Assembly (NCBI GenBank): GCA_034002405.1
Contig: JAVFAS010000005.1
Span: forward strand, 2,092 to 66,091
Origin: Bacteroidota bacterium
GTDB taxonomy: Bacteria > Bacteroidota > Ignavibacteria > SZUA-365
Length of the DNA: 64,000 nucleotides
Reading direction: 5' to 3'
Shown here: positions 48,560 through 58,455 of the stretch, in pieces
Layout of the letters: every line of letters begins with the position of its first letter
How positions within the stretch are numbered: position 1 is the first letter of the stretch
Program-made: the position numbers and the translations under genes
The notes under the pieces: model-generated
Databases searched by the model: none
Told to the model about the DNA's origin: nothing
The model's input: the letters and a program-made list of their open reading frames with translations, nothing else

Positions 48560-49102
48560 ATGAGACACGGATTCATTTTTTTTCTTCTCGTCACTCTGCT
48601 TCCGGGCTTGGTTCTTGCCCAGTTCCGGGGCGAGGAACCCGGTCCCCCATCGGTGCGTGATGGCGTGTATCGCAACACGGAATCCAATGCGATATTGGGA
48701 TTCTTTCATCCGGAGAATCTGGAGATGCGTCACAGCGTCTCGGTCAGCTACGGAAGCGTCGGTGATCAGGGTGTCGGTATCTCGATGTACACGAACAGCC
48801 TCCGCTACCGGATTTCGGAGCCGCTGAGTGTGCGGGCCGATGTCGCGATGATGTTTTCCCCCTTCGGGAGCATGTCCTCGCGTTTTCAGCAGGATCTGTC
48901 GGGCATCTTTCTTCGCCGCGCGAGCATTGACTACCGGCCCGGCAAGAACATGCACATCAGTCTGCAGTACCGGAATGATCCATACGCCGTCTACGGTCCG
49001 TATTCCGGCAGCCGCGGTAGCATTGGAGGGTACGGAGTCGGCGGATTCGGGTTTGGTGGCGGGATGTTTTTCGATGACTGGGACGACGAGGATCGTCCCT
49101 GA
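48560..49102 (+). CDS. hypothetical secreted protein with Gly/aromatic-rich acidic C-terminus
   Basis: Start taken at MRHGFIFFLLVTLLPGLVLAQ (signal peptide). The C-terminus reads GGYGVGGFGFGGGMFFDDWDDEDRP. No known domain recognised. Confidence 0.4.
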   Translation: MRHGFIFFLLVTLLPGLVLAQFRGEEPGPPSVRDGVYRNTESNAILGFFHPENLEMRHSVSVSYGSVGDQGVGISMYTNSLRYRISEPLSVRADVAMMFSPFGSMSSRFQQDLSGIFLRRASIDYRPGKNMHISLQYRNDPYAVYGPYSGSRGSIGGYGVGGFGFGGGMFFDDWDDEDRP

Positions 49103-49200
49103 GTTCAGCCTCTTTCGTGTACATGCCATCATGAGCGCGTACATTGGTCTGCCAGGAAATGCCGGGTTCAGCACTCGGCATTTTTTCGTATATTGGTGGC

Positions 49201-49674
49201 ATGACCCGGGCGAAACAGCACAAGCAGCTCAATCCGAAACACCTCGTTCTGAATATCGTGATAGCCGTCCTGGCTGTCGTGGTTTTCTTCCTTCTGTACT
49301 CGTTTATCACCAACACCTTCATCGACCGACCCGTGGACTGGACGGCTGAATCGTCGGAGGATGGGGAGTCCTCGGCGGAAATCATCCAGCTCGACGTGCT
49401 CAACGGCTGCGGCGCCTCCGGCGTGGCACAACGGTTCACCGATTTTCTCCGGAAGCGGAATTTCGACGTGGTGCAGTCCGCGAATTACAAGACATTCGAT
49501 GTCGAGGAGTCTCTGGTCATCGACCGAACCGGAGATCTCGAGACAGCACGCAAGGTTGCGTATGCGCTGGGTATCGAGGAACGAAACATCGTCCAGCAGA
49601 TCAACCCCGATTATTATCTCAACGTGTCCGTGGTCATCGGCAGGGATTACGACACACTCAAACCATCCGAATGA
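49201..49674 (+). CDS. LytR C-terminal domain-containing membrane protein
   Basis: N-terminal TM anchor NIVIAVLAVVVFFLLYSF. This is followed by IQLDVLNGCGASGVAQRFTDFLRKRNFDVVQSANYKTFDVEESLVIDR, the LytR_C signature. Confidence 0.6.
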   Translation: MTRAKQHKQLNPKHLVLNIVIAVLAVVVFFLLYSFITNTFIDRPVDWTAESSEDGESSAEIIQLDVLNGCGASGVAQRFTDFLRKRNFDVVQSANYKTFDVEESLVIDRTGDLETARKVAYALGIEERNIVQQINPDYYLNVSVVIGRDYDTLKPSE

Positions 49675-49729
49675 TGCGGTCACGAATTCGGGTGGCTCAC
49701 AGAACCATTGGTAACAGACTGGAACCGAT

Positions 49730-50074
49730 TTGGAAGCGAAGGAACTGGCGCGGCTGACCGCGGAACTGGCTCTCTCGAAGAAGGCCAAGGATGTACTCAT
49801 TCTCGATCTCACCGGGTTGTCGGATGTGACGAACTATTTCGTTCTCTGCACCGGAGAATCCGACACCCAGGTGAAGGCGATCAGTGACGCCATCGACGAG
49901 GGCACGAAGGAACAGGATGCACGCGTCTGGCGTCGCGAAGGATTGACCAATTTGCAATGGGTGCTGCTCGATTATGTCGATGTGGTGGTGCATATCTTCC
50001 AGCCGCGTGTCCGTGACTATTACGACATCGAGCGGTTGTGGGGTGATGCCCCGCGCACGGTTGTCGAGGACTGA
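49730..50074 (+). CDS. rsfS: ribosome silencing factor RsfS (Iojap family)
   Basis: KAKDVLILDLTGLSDVTNYFVLCTGESDTQVKAISDAI...WVLLDYVDVVVHIFQPRVRDYYDIERLWGDAP is the RsfS/Iojap signature. Confidence 0.8.
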   Translation: MEAKELARLTAELALSKKAKDVLILDLTGLSDVTNYFVLCTGESDTQVKAISDAIDEGTKEQDARVWRREGLTNLQWVLLDYVDVVVHIFQPRVRDYYDIERLWGDAPRTVVED

Positions 50075-50122
50075 TCCGCGAACACCCACCGCCCCACTCA
50101 TCACGAAAATTCCGCGGGACCC

Positions 50123-51754
50123 ATGAAGGACTATCTGAAAGAACAGATCGCACGGGCGTTGTCGACACTCGACCTCGATCCGGTGGATGCGGACATTCAG
50201 TTCGAGAAACCAAAAATCGCCGAGCACGGCGATCTTTCGACGAATATCGCCATGGTGCTGGCGCGTCCCGCGAGAAAAAATCCCCGCCAGATCGCGGAAC
50301 AGCTCGTTGCGGCACTGCGGCTGGATTCCTCCAGAATCGCGGCGGTGGAAATCGCGGGTCCGGGATTCATCAATTTCCGTTTTGCCGAGGCGCATCTGAG
50401 CGACGCGCTGTCAACCATTCTTCGCGACGGCAACGCGTACGGGCGGAGCGACGAGCACGCCGGCAAAACCGTTAACGTCGAATGGGTGAGCGCGAATCCC
50501 ACGGGACCGCTGCACGCCGGACACGGACGGCAAGTCTGCATCGGCGCCACGATCTGCGCTCTGTTGGAGTGGACCGGATGGACGGTCACGCGCGAATACT
50601 ACTTCAACAATGCCGGAAACCAGATGAACAATCTGGCAATCAGCATTCGGGAACGGTATCTCGGATTGTTGGGGGACGCGATTTCAGAGGAAAACATCCT
50701 CTACGCGGGTGAGTACATCCGCGATATCGCGCAGGCGGTGATCGACGAGCACGGTGCGTCAAAGCGCGACGCCCCGCTCGACTTCTTTCGCAAGCAGGGC
50801 GAGGAGCGTTGTTTCGCGATGATTCGTCACACGCTCGACCGGCTCGGCGTGTTTCACGATGTGTTCTACAACGAGGATTCGCTGTACTCCGAAGGGAAAA
50901 TCGACGAGGTGCTCGCGGCGCTGCGTCATGAAGGTGTCGTGTACGACAAGGATGATGCCGTGTGGTTGAAGACGACCGCCTTCGGTGCGGACAAGGATCG
51001 CGTCATCATCAAGAGCAGTGGAGAGCCGACCTACCGCTTACCCGATATCGCCTACCATCGCGAGAAAATCCGTCGTGGCTACGACCGCATCATCGATATT
51101 TTCGGCGCCGACCATATCGCAACCATCCCCGACGTGCTGGCCGCGGTGAAGACCATGGATCTTCGCACCGACCACATCGATGTGATCATTCATCAGATGG
51201 TGAGTTTCGTGCACGACGGCGAAGCGGTCAAAATGAGCAAGCGGTCAGGGAATGTCTATTCCCTCGACGATCTCATCGATGACGTGGGCGTGGATGCGGT
51301 CCGTCTGTTTTTCATCATGCGCGGGGCGAACTCGCATCTCGAATTCGACATCAAGCTGGCGCAGGAGCAAAGCGAAAACAACCCGGTGTATTATCTGCAG
51401 TATGCGCATGCGCGGATCGCCAGCATCCTCCGTTTTGCCGCGAGCGAGGGAATGGACACCTTCGAGGACGTGAACCTCGCGCTGCTCACCCACGACTCGG
51501 AAATCGCGTTGATCAAGGAACTGATGCGCTTTCCGGAATGGATCGCCATCTCGGCGCGGACCTGCGAGACACAGCATCTCTGCACCTACCTCCACAACTG
51601 CGCCACGGCCTTTCACAAATTCTATCACGACTGCCGCGTCGTCACCGATGACCGTGCGCTCAGCACGGCCAGACTGGCGCTGTGCCGCGCGACCATGCAG
51701 GTCCTGCGCAACGGCTTCTCCATCATCGGGATCGACGCGCCGGAAAAGATGTAG
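50123..51754 (+). CDS. argS: arginine--tRNA ligase
   Basis: Class I aaRS with HIGH-like SANPTGPLHAGHGR, KMSKRSGN in place of KMSKS, and an anticodon-binding DALR domain. Confidence 0.93.
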   Translation: MKDYLKEQIARALSTLDLDPVDADIQFEKPKIAEHGDLSTNIAMVLARPARKNPRQIAEQLVAALRLDSSRIAAVEIAGPGFINFRFAEAHLSDALSTILRDGNAYGRSDEHAGKTVNVEWVSANPTGPLHAGHGRQVCIGATICALLEWTGWTVTREYYFNNAGNQMNNLAISIRERYLGLLGDAISEENILYAGEYIRDIAQAVIDEHGASKRDAPLDFFRKQGEERCFAMIRHTLDRLGVFHDVFYNEDSLYSEGKIDEVLAALRHEGVVYDKDDAVWLKTTAFGADKDRVIIKSSGEPTYRLPDIAYHREKIRRGYDRIIDIFGADHIATIPDVLAAVKTMDLRTDHIDVIIHQMVSFVHDGEAVKMSKRSGNVYSLDDLIDDVGVDAVRLFFIMRGANSHLEFDIKLAQEQSENNPVYYLQYAHARIASILRFAASEGMDTFEDVNLALLTHDSEIALIKELMRFPEWIAISARTCETQHLCTYLHNCATAFHKFYHDCRVVTDDRALSTARLALCRATMQVLRNGFSIIGIDAPEKM

Positions 51755-51766
51755 CATCCCGCGCGG

Positions 51767-52462
51767 TCAGAAGCAGTAGAAAATTCCAAGGGAATAGACG
51801 TTTCCGTTCAGGTTGATATTCGAACGGAACGGGGTGGTGGCAAGGTGGTATCGCACGCCGTTCGCAACGACGGCGTCGGTGGGAAACTGGTTTTCCACAC
51901 TCATCTGGGGATCGCGGAACAGGAGCTCGAAACGCATTCCCAAGGCGTCAAATATCAGATATTCAGCTCCGAGAATCACCTGCATTCCCAACGCCGGCGT
52001 CGAGGACACGGATTGCGACTCGATGGCGGCGATCGCGTACCGGCGCTGACCCGTAGAGACGCCAATCCCCCCGCCCACGTACATTTCAAACCGCGCACTG
52101 GAAAACGGAAGTGCAAACAGCGCGCTTCCCTCCAGCAGCAGCACGCGCAACCCGTTCGTGATGGGAGTTCCCACCGGATCGCTGGACACCTTGTCATGCG
52201 AGACATATTCCCCGCGGAGATCGACACGAACCGTCCGCCAGATGCGGGAGCGCCAGGAAACCGCGGCACTGAATGCCGAACCGAGTGCCTCGCTTTGATT
52301 TCGCAGCACGGGATCCGGTGCGTTTGGCGCGGGGAAGATGCGCGCGTCATCATTCAGATTCGCGTGCAGCGTGATACTGTGCTCGCCGCGCTGCGCCGAG
52401 ACGGTGGTCCAGAGCATCAGCAAAAGCAGACACCCCCGAAGGAGCGCTGCGGGGAACGACAT
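51767..52462 (-). CDS. outer-membrane beta-barrel protein (OmpW/porin-like)
   Basis: Signal peptide LLRGCLLLLMLWTTVSAQ. Amphipathic alternating strands. The C-terminus ends in an aromatic residue (NGNVYSLGIFYCF). Confidence 0.5.
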   Translation of the reverse strand: MSFPAALLRGCLLLLMLWTTVSAQRGEHSITLHANLNDDARIFPAPNAPDPVLRNQSEALGSAFSAAVSWRSRIWRTVRVDLRGEYVSHDKVSSDPVGTPITNGLRVLLLEGSALFALPFSSARFEMYVGGGIGVSTGQRRYAIAAIESQSVSSTPALGMQVILGAEYLIFDALGMRFELLFRDPQMSVENQFPTDAVVANGVRYHLATTPFRSNINLNGNVYSLGIFYCF

Positions 52463-52551
52463 CCTTCGGGGGTGTGACATACGGGTCCTTTCCGGAATCA
52501 GAAAATCGGCGGTTTCCTTACGCGGTGACTTTTGGTGATCGCGCCGGGGTC

Positions 52552-54651
52552 TTAACGGAAGAATCGGTCACGATTGTCGACAATATCGATATCCTTCCGC
52601 TTCTGCTCGATCCAGGTCTGGATGAATTCATTCTGCGTGCTCGAGAGAAGCTGCTGACGGATCTCGTCCTTTTTTACCTTGAAGGCCGTCTCGTCGAACT
52701 TCGCCTTGCTGTCGAGGCGCATGACATAGATGCCGCGCTGTCCGCGGAACGGCGCGCTGGAGGCACCCTGTTTGAGGCCGAGGAGTTTGCCGATGAAGGC
52801 CTGGTCGGCACCGACATTGGGAACACCATTCTGAATCTTGAACGGTGGGGTGGTGGTGAGGGTCAGCTGGGGATTCGCGGCCACGATCTGTTCGAGGCTT
52901 TTTCCGGAGGCCATGCTCTTGGCCTTCTTGAGCGTGTTTGCCAGCTGACGCTCGTACACGACCTGCGGTTTGATCTGCTCCTTCACTTCATCGAGAGAGC
53001 GGTAGCCGGCGGGACGCTCATCGGAGACGATGGCCACGACATACCCGCCCGCCGAACGATGGACCTCGCTGATTTCACCGACACCGTTTTCAAACGCGAA
53101 TTTGAGCAGCGCCGGATTCGTTCCGATGTTGGGGATATAGGAACCGGTCTGCTGCGCGAACTCCGGTGTTTCCTGCACCGCAAGCTCCTGCGTCTCGGCC
53201 TCGGCTTCGAAACTGGTTTCGGACGCGAGATACGCGAAGTCGCGGGCACGTTCGAAAATCTGATCCTTCGTGCTCGATCCTGCCTTGATTTCCAACCGCA
53301 CCTCGGCGAGCTTCATCTCGCTGGAGGAACGATCATGCACCTTGATGACGTGCCAGCCGAACTGTGTTTTGACCGGCCCCTTGATTTCTCCGGGACGCGA
53401 TCCGAACACGACATCCTCGAACTCCTTGACCATGCGACCCTTGCCGAACCACGAGAGATCTCCTCCACGTTCGGCGGCACCGGGTTCCTCGGAATACTGC
53501 GCCGCGAGTTTCGCGAAATCGGCACCCGCTTTCGCCTGTCCGAGCACGTCCTCCGCTTTATTCTTCTGCGCTGCTTCATCCTGGCCCCCATCGGTGCGGA
53601 AAAGGATGTGCGACGCGTGATACATCACGTTGTCGCTGCTGCGTGCGTCCATGACCCGGAACAGGGAGAGGCCCGATTCGTTGGGGATCGGTCCGACAAC
53701 AGAGCCGACCGGCTGGGAAAAGACCTGCGTGGCCACTTCCGGCGCAACCTGGTCGCGGGTGAACCAACGCGTGGAATCGTAGGTCGTCTCGGAGTTGTCG
53801 GCGACAAGCTGCACGAAGTCGGTGCCACTCGCGGCAAGATCGCGAATCGTATTCAATTCATTGACGATCGCGGCCGTGTCGCTTTTCGACGGAATCTCGG
53901 AGAAGAGCACATACTTCAGCTTGCGCATCTCCTCGGTCTTGAAACGCTCTTTGTTTTTTTCGTAGTACTTCTCGTATTCCTCCGCTGTCGGCGCGGCGGT
54001 GTCGCTCGCGGCGAACACGCGCGGATCGAAGAACACGTAGCTGCTGACGAAGTCGATATTCTGTTCGATGAACTTCGCTTGAATCGCACCGTCGGGCACG
54101 ACAACCGCCGCGGTGAGAATGTTGGTCAGCTTCGAGCGAAGCAGGTCCTGCTTCAGCTGGGATTCGATGGCGACAAGTGCCTCCTGGTTTTCCGGACCCG
54201 GATTGCGCAGGAACTGCTCGTAGACATCGCGATTGAACTTCCCGGTGGAGTCCATGAAATGCTGCGTGAGAAGCTGGGGAGGATTGGCGCTCCATACCCA
54301 GTCGGTGATCTCCTCATCGGAGACGGAGATCCCAAACTCCTCGATGGCCTGCTCGACAATCGTCTGCGTCACCATATCATTCCAGACCTGCTCACGGATC
54401 TGCATGTAATCGTTTTCCGTAAGCTCGCGGCCACCTTCCTGCTCCTGTTTCTGCTGGGTCGCACGATCGACGATCTCTTGAAACTCCTGGTAGGTGATGG
54501 ATTTCCCACCAACGTTCCCGATTTCGTTCATCGAGCCCTGCATGATCGACCCGAGGTCAAGGTCGCTGAAGACCCAGAACCCGATGAAGATGACCACGAA
54601 AGCCATGATGAAAACGTGCGCATTGTCGCGCATTTTGGTCATCATACCCAT
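52552..54651 (-). CDS. ppiD: periplasmic chaperone PpiD-like peptidyl-prolyl isomerase (SurA/parvulin family)
   Basis: N-terminal TM anchor AHVFIMAFVVIFIGFWVF, a SurA-N-like chaperone domain, and a parvulin PPIase segment HASHILF...GGDLSWFGKGRMVKEFEDVVF...FGWHVIKV. Confidence 0.78.
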   Translation of the reverse strand: MGMMTKMRDNAHVFIMAFVVIFIGFWVFSDLDLGSIMQGSMNEIGNVGGKSITYQEFQEIVDRATQQKQEQEGGRELTENDYMQIREQVWNDMVTQTIVEQAIEEFGISVSDEEITDWVWSANPPQLLTQHFMDSTGKFNRDVYEQFLRNPGPENQEALVAIESQLKQDLLRSKLTNILTAAVVVPDGAIQAKFIEQNIDFVSSYVFFDPRVFAASDTAAPTAEEYEKYYEKNKERFKTEEMRKLKYVLFSEIPSKSDTAAIVNELNTIRDLAASGTDFVQLVADNSETTYDSTRWFTRDQVAPEVATQVFSQPVGSVVGPIPNESGLSLFRVMDARSSDNVMYHASHILFRTDGGQDEAAQKNKAEDVLGQAKAGADFAKLAAQYSEEPGAAERGGDLSWFGKGRMVKEFEDVVFGSRPGEIKGPVKTQFGWHVIKVHDRSSSEMKLAEVRLEIKAGSSTKDQIFERARDFAYLASETSFEAEAETQELAVQETPEFAQQTGSYIPNIGTNPALLKFAFENGVGEISEVHRSAGGYVVAIVSDERPAGYRSLDEVKEQIKPQVVYERQLANTLKKAKSMASGKSLEQIVAANPQLTLTTTPPFKIQNGVPNVGADQAFIGKLLGLKQGASSAPFRGQRGIYVMRLDSKAKFDETAFKVKKDEIRQQLLSSTQNEFIQTWIEQKRKDIDIVDNRDRFFR

Positions 54652-54802
54652 GTCAAACTACTCCACGAATGAAGAACAGTGATACAAACTAACAAATATA
54701 GAGGAGTCGGCTATATAAAGCAACGCATGAAGCGGCGCCCTGTTGGAATAATCCGAACGGGTGCTTCCGCCTCGCGGTCCGTCCGCGACGTGTGATCCGT
54801 CA

Positions 54803-54840
54803 CGAAAACGAACACCCCGCGGTATAAGCAGCCGCGGGGT
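54803..54840 (-). terminator. rho-independent terminator downstream of the FadL-like OMP gene
   Basis: CCCCGCGG...CCGCGGGG stem. It is followed on the minus strand by a T-rich tract (complement of CACGAAAACGAACA). Confidence 0.65.
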
Positions 54841-54864
54841 GCGAGAAATCGGAATCGGATGCGA

Positions 54865-56352
54865 TTAGAACCGATAGGTCAATCCGACGAGCAGACGGGT
54901 GATGTCGACCTCGCGTTCCACGAGAAACGCACTTTCCGGCACGTCTCCATCCGGATCGGTGTAGTTGTAGCTGTACCCCTCGTAATTCGACAGGGTATAC
55001 GCCGCGTTGAGCGCGAAATTATTCTTGAATTCGTAGCCGACGCCGACGGAGATGGTTTTCACGTCGAATTCGGATGTGCCCTCATCCTCGTCATACGGCG
55101 AGAAGCGGTAGCCGAAGCCGCCGCGGAGGAAGAGCCCCGTTTTCGGAACATTGACCTCGGCGCCGATGCGGAAGTTGTTCGTCTGACGGAACTGCCTGCG
55201 AATGTCGCGGTTCAGATCCGTGGTGCTGAAATTATTCGATTCCTCGAATTCCAGATCCGAATAGTCGACGAGCTCGAGGTCGCCGCTGATGGTGGCGAAA
55301 TCGACTGGTGACCAGGAGGCGCCGAAGCTGTAGATCGGAGCGGTGGAGATTTCGTAATTGTTGTTGTCGACATTCAACTCGTACTGAAGACTCGCGTCGG
55401 CGAAGCGGCTCGATCCGGTTTTCGAGTAATCCTCGCTGACCGAAATCACGTTGGCGGTCTGGATGGCCACACCGAAACGTGCCTTGTCCTGAAGATTGTA
55501 GAGAAAGCCGATCTTGAAGTTGAATCCCGAGAGGTCCTGCTCCCATTCTTCGTACAGCTCCAGACGCTGAAAATCCGTCCGGGCGACGTCGTCGATGCCG
55601 ACAATCACGTCCTGCCAGACGTTGTTGACATCCTCTTCGATAAAGGTGCGTTCGTACCGGTACTGTCCGGAGAGGACGTTGAGAGAAATGCCGACGAGCG
55701 CGTTCGGCGCGACTTCGATGCTGCCACCGAAGCTCCACTGGTTGAGACCGCCCTCCTCGATTTCATCAATGGTCTGCTGCACGCGGTTGGCGACCGGGAT
55801 CGCGAGCCATCCCGGTTGGCCTTCGTCGAGGTAGGAGAAAAGAAGGGTGTCCTCGAGACCAAGATTCCAGGCAAAATCCAGTGCTTCATCCTCATTGTAC
55901 AGCGAGGCCTGGATGGAACTCATCGGGTTGAACAGATCCATCTGCATCGTTCCGGCGTAATCGAGCAATCTGTTGTAGCCGGCGGCAACAACGAAGCTTC
56001 CACGTGCCACGGGAAAGGGGATGGCGAGGTTGATATTGCTCAATGCGGTGCTGGATTCACTTCCGCTGCCTCCGCCGAACAGTGCGCCAAGATGGGCATC
56101 GTTGTTCATCGAGACATTGGACATGCCGATACTGAATTCGCTGGCGCGGAGCTGGCCGAGTCCGGCCGGATTCCAGTACAGCGCCGATGCGTCGTTGGCG
56201 AGACCGATGAACGCCCCGCCCATTCCGGCACTGCGGGGACTGACCAGCGTGCCGCTGTGCGACAGACGGAGCGCGTCCTCGGGCACCTGTGCCGCCGCGG
56301 GTATCGCCATGATAACAAGGACAAGGAAGACAAGATATATCGTGTGTTTCAT
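54865..56352 (-). CDS. FadL/PorV-family outer-membrane beta-barrel transporter
   Basis: Signal peptide MKHTIYLVFLVLVIMAIPAAAQ. The N-terminal motif AGMGGAFIGLANDASALYWNPAGL resembles the FadL/TodX NPA hatch region. The C-terminus ends VGLTYRF. Confidence 0.62.
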   Translation of the reverse strand: MKHTIYLVFLVLVIMAIPAAAQVPEDALRLSHSGTLVSPRSAGMGGAFIGLANDASALYWNPAGLGQLRASEFSIGMSNVSMNNDAHLGALFGGGSGSESSTALSNINLAIPFPVARGSFVVAAGYNRLLDYAGTMQMDLFNPMSSIQASLYNEDEALDFAWNLGLEDTLLFSYLDEGQPGWLAIPVANRVQQTIDEIEEGGLNQWSFGGSIEVAPNALVGISLNVLSGQYRYERTFIEEDVNNVWQDVIVGIDDVARTDFQRLELYEEWEQDLSGFNFKIGFLYNLQDKARFGVAIQTANVISVSEDYSKTGSSRFADASLQYELNVDNNNYEISTAPIYSFGASWSPVDFATISGDLELVDYSDLEFEESNNFSTTDLNRDIRRQFRQTNNFRIGAEVNVPKTGLFLRGGFGYRFSPYDEDEGTSEFDVKTISVGVGYEFKNNFALNAAYTLSNYEGYSYNYTDPDGDVPESAFLVEREVDITRLLVGLTYRF

Positions 56353-56439
56353 GAGATTCTCCAGGTAAACCGCGTCGCCGCGGCGTCCGTGCGCATCGCT
56401 GCGCGATTCATCTTCGTGTCTGTTCCGTCTCGCTCGAAA

Positions 56440-57411
56440 TTACCGCGAACGGCTTCGGCCGCCCGAACTCGACGAGCCGGAACTGCTGCGCGACGAACCG
56501 CTGCTTCGCGATCCCGAACTTCCGCTGCTGCTGCGCGACGGGGGTGAGTAGCTGGGTGACGACGATCCCGAGCTGCTCCGGCTGCGGGACGGAGGAGAGT
56601 AGCTGCGCTCGGTGGATCCGGAATTTCCGCGTGCGGGAGGTGAATAGCTGCGCTGGGTCGAGCCACTGCGCGAGCGCACACCCTCGGTCGAACGGCTGCT
56701 TCCGGAACTGCTGCGTGGCGCGGTGCTTTGCGTGCTGCGTGACCGGGTCGGGCTGGTACTCGAGCTCCTCGAGCGTACCGCGTTGTTCTCGCGTGTCTGC
56801 GTATTCAAACGATCGTAGGTGCTGCGTGTGCGTGGAGACGTGGAACGAACGCCGGTCGCGCCGTCCACGGTGCGCGTGACACCGGTCGATCGGGTTGCCG
56901 AACGCGTGACCCCTCCCGTGCGGGTCCGTGTATCGAGCGTGCGCGTGACCCCTCCCGTGCGAATGCGCGTGCCGTCGGTGCGTACGGTGTAGGAAGAACC
57001 ACCGCTATAATACGGGTACCCATACCAGCCACCGTACCCGGCGTAATGGTGATGATGACCATACCAGCCCCAGGACGGACCGTACCAGAACGGATCCCAG
57101 TACGAGTGATAGTATCCCCAATACGGCGGGGTGTAATACCACGGGTCGTAGTATCCCGACCAGACCGAGCCGAAGCGAAGCGGGTAATAAAAATCAAAGT
57201 ACACGCCAGACCGGCGATAGCCGTCGTAGTAGTAATTGTTCGTGATCTGATTGCCCGAGCTGTCTTCATAGGTTTCGGAGTACTCGGGGTAGTCATATTC
57301 CTCGTAGCGTGGATACTCGTCGCGCATGGCGATCTGCGTGTAGCAGCCAGACGTGCCGAGCATCACTACCATGGAAGCAGCTGCAAGGAAAAATATTCTC
57401 ATTCGTTTCAT
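56440..57411 (-). CDS. lipoprotein with Tyr/Trp-rich low-complexity region and Arg/Ser-rich tail
   Basis: Signal peptide MKRMRIFFLAAASMVVMLGTSGC. Then comes a ~90-aa aromatic block (YYYDGYRRSGVYFDFYYPLRFGSVWSGYYDPWYYTPPYWGYYHSYWDPFWYGPSWGWYGHHHHYAGYGGWYGYPYY). GVTRT repeats follow. The final ~110 aa are RS/SP-rich (RSYSPPARGNSGSTERSYSPPSRSRSSSGSS...). Confidence 0.5.
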   Translation of the reverse strand: MKRMRIFFLAAASMVVMLGTSGCYTQIAMRDEYPRYEEYDYPEYSETYEDSSGNQITNNYYYDGYRRSGVYFDFYYPLRFGSVWSGYYDPWYYTPPYWGYYHSYWDPFWYGPSWGWYGHHHHYAGYGGWYGYPYYSGGSSYTVRTDGTRIRTGGVTRTLDTRTRTGGVTRSATRSTGVTRTVDGATGVRSTSPRTRSTYDRLNTQTRENNAVRSRSSSTSPTRSRSTQSTAPRSSSGSSRSTEGVRSRSGSTQRSYSPPARGNSGSTERSYSPPSRSRSSSGSSSPSYSPPSRSSSGSSGSRSSGSSRSSSGSSSSGGRSRSR

Positions 57412-57665
57412 GACACACCTCATCGGTACAGTACGTTGCTCTCTACTATGCAACAATTTTCATGCCTTTATCGTGTCCGCGAACCCGGTGAAAAAATCCT
57501 CTATTTCACCGGATATTCAAGCTACGGGTGCGAAATCTCAGAAGAAAGGCGAAGTGTGGTGACCTCACCAGGGGACGACCTGTGTACACCGCGGGTGACG
57601 ATCGCGATGGGATGGTCACGGCGTTCGGCAGAGATCCGGGAGCACACGCGCGGTTCGGGAGCGAG

Positions 57666-58451
57666 TCAAAGGTAGCGTACGTACTGGATGCGAATCGCGC
57701 GGATGACCTTGTCATTCGGAAATTCGGAGGTCAGGAGGTTCTTGAACAGGATATCCGCATTGAAGCCGATGTTCGTCGAAATCCTGAATCCTGTACCCAA
57801 TGAGCCGTTCCAGAATCCCTTGCTGTTGCGATCGTTGTCGAACGCGAAATTGTATTCGGCGAGCCAGGAGACAATCGGCCCGATCGATTTCTCCATGCCG
57901 ATGTAAAGATTCGGATCGTAATCCTCGTCGTTTCGTTCGAGCGTGTAGTTTGCCCCTCCATGGAAGCTGATGGTCCCATGGAATTGATAATTCTTGCTGA
58001 CCGCGACAAAAAATCCCGGACTTTTCATCACATACTGCCGCATCGAGGGAATCCAGCCATCGCGTCCCTGTGAATCGAAACCGGCGACGACGGCGGGGTT
58101 GACATTCGATTCTTCCATCACGCGATAGCGTGCGGAGATGCCGGGAAGATTATTCCAGGTAATGCCCCCGCTGCCGATCAGATTCGTGCCGCCGAAGGAA
58201 AGGCCGATGTTGAGATTCGGCAGCAGTCCGTAAGTAAACGCGGCGAGAAGTCCGCCATTCGGGTAGAGGTATGTTTCAACCGCGCCCGCCGTGGTGGGGA
58301 TGATCCCGGCCACGGGCATGTCGACCAGGAATTTCGGATCGATGTTGGCACGGTCACCCGCGGAACGCTGCGCATGCAGTCCCGTCGTCAGCAGGGTGAC
58401 GAGCGCGAAGCACAGGGCAGCGAGAATGGAGAGTCGTTGCGTACAGATCAT
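57666..58451 (-). CDS. hypothetical outer-membrane beta-barrel protein
   Basis: Start at MICTQRLSILAALCFALVTLLTTGLHAQ (signal peptide). Gly/Asn-rich alternating strands. Confidence 0.45.
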   Translation of the reverse strand: MICTQRLSILAALCFALVTLLTTGLHAQRSAGDRANIDPKFLVDMPVAGIIPTTAGAVETYLYPNGGLLAAFTYGLLPNLNIGLSFGGTNLIGSGGITWNNLPGISARYRVMEESNVNPAVVAGFDSQGRDGWIPSMRQYVMKSPGFFVAVSKNYQFHGTISFHGGANYTLERNDEDYDPNLYIGMEKSIGPIVSWLAEYNFAFDNDRNSKGFWNGSLGTGFRISTNIGFNADILFKNLLTSEFPNDKVIRAIRIQYVRYL

Positions 58452-58455
58452 TCCG

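Noticed and set aside
52474-54672. 732-aa plus-strand ORF antisense to ppiD
   Set aside because: No motifs. ppiD on the minus strand has TM anchor and parvulin signatures.
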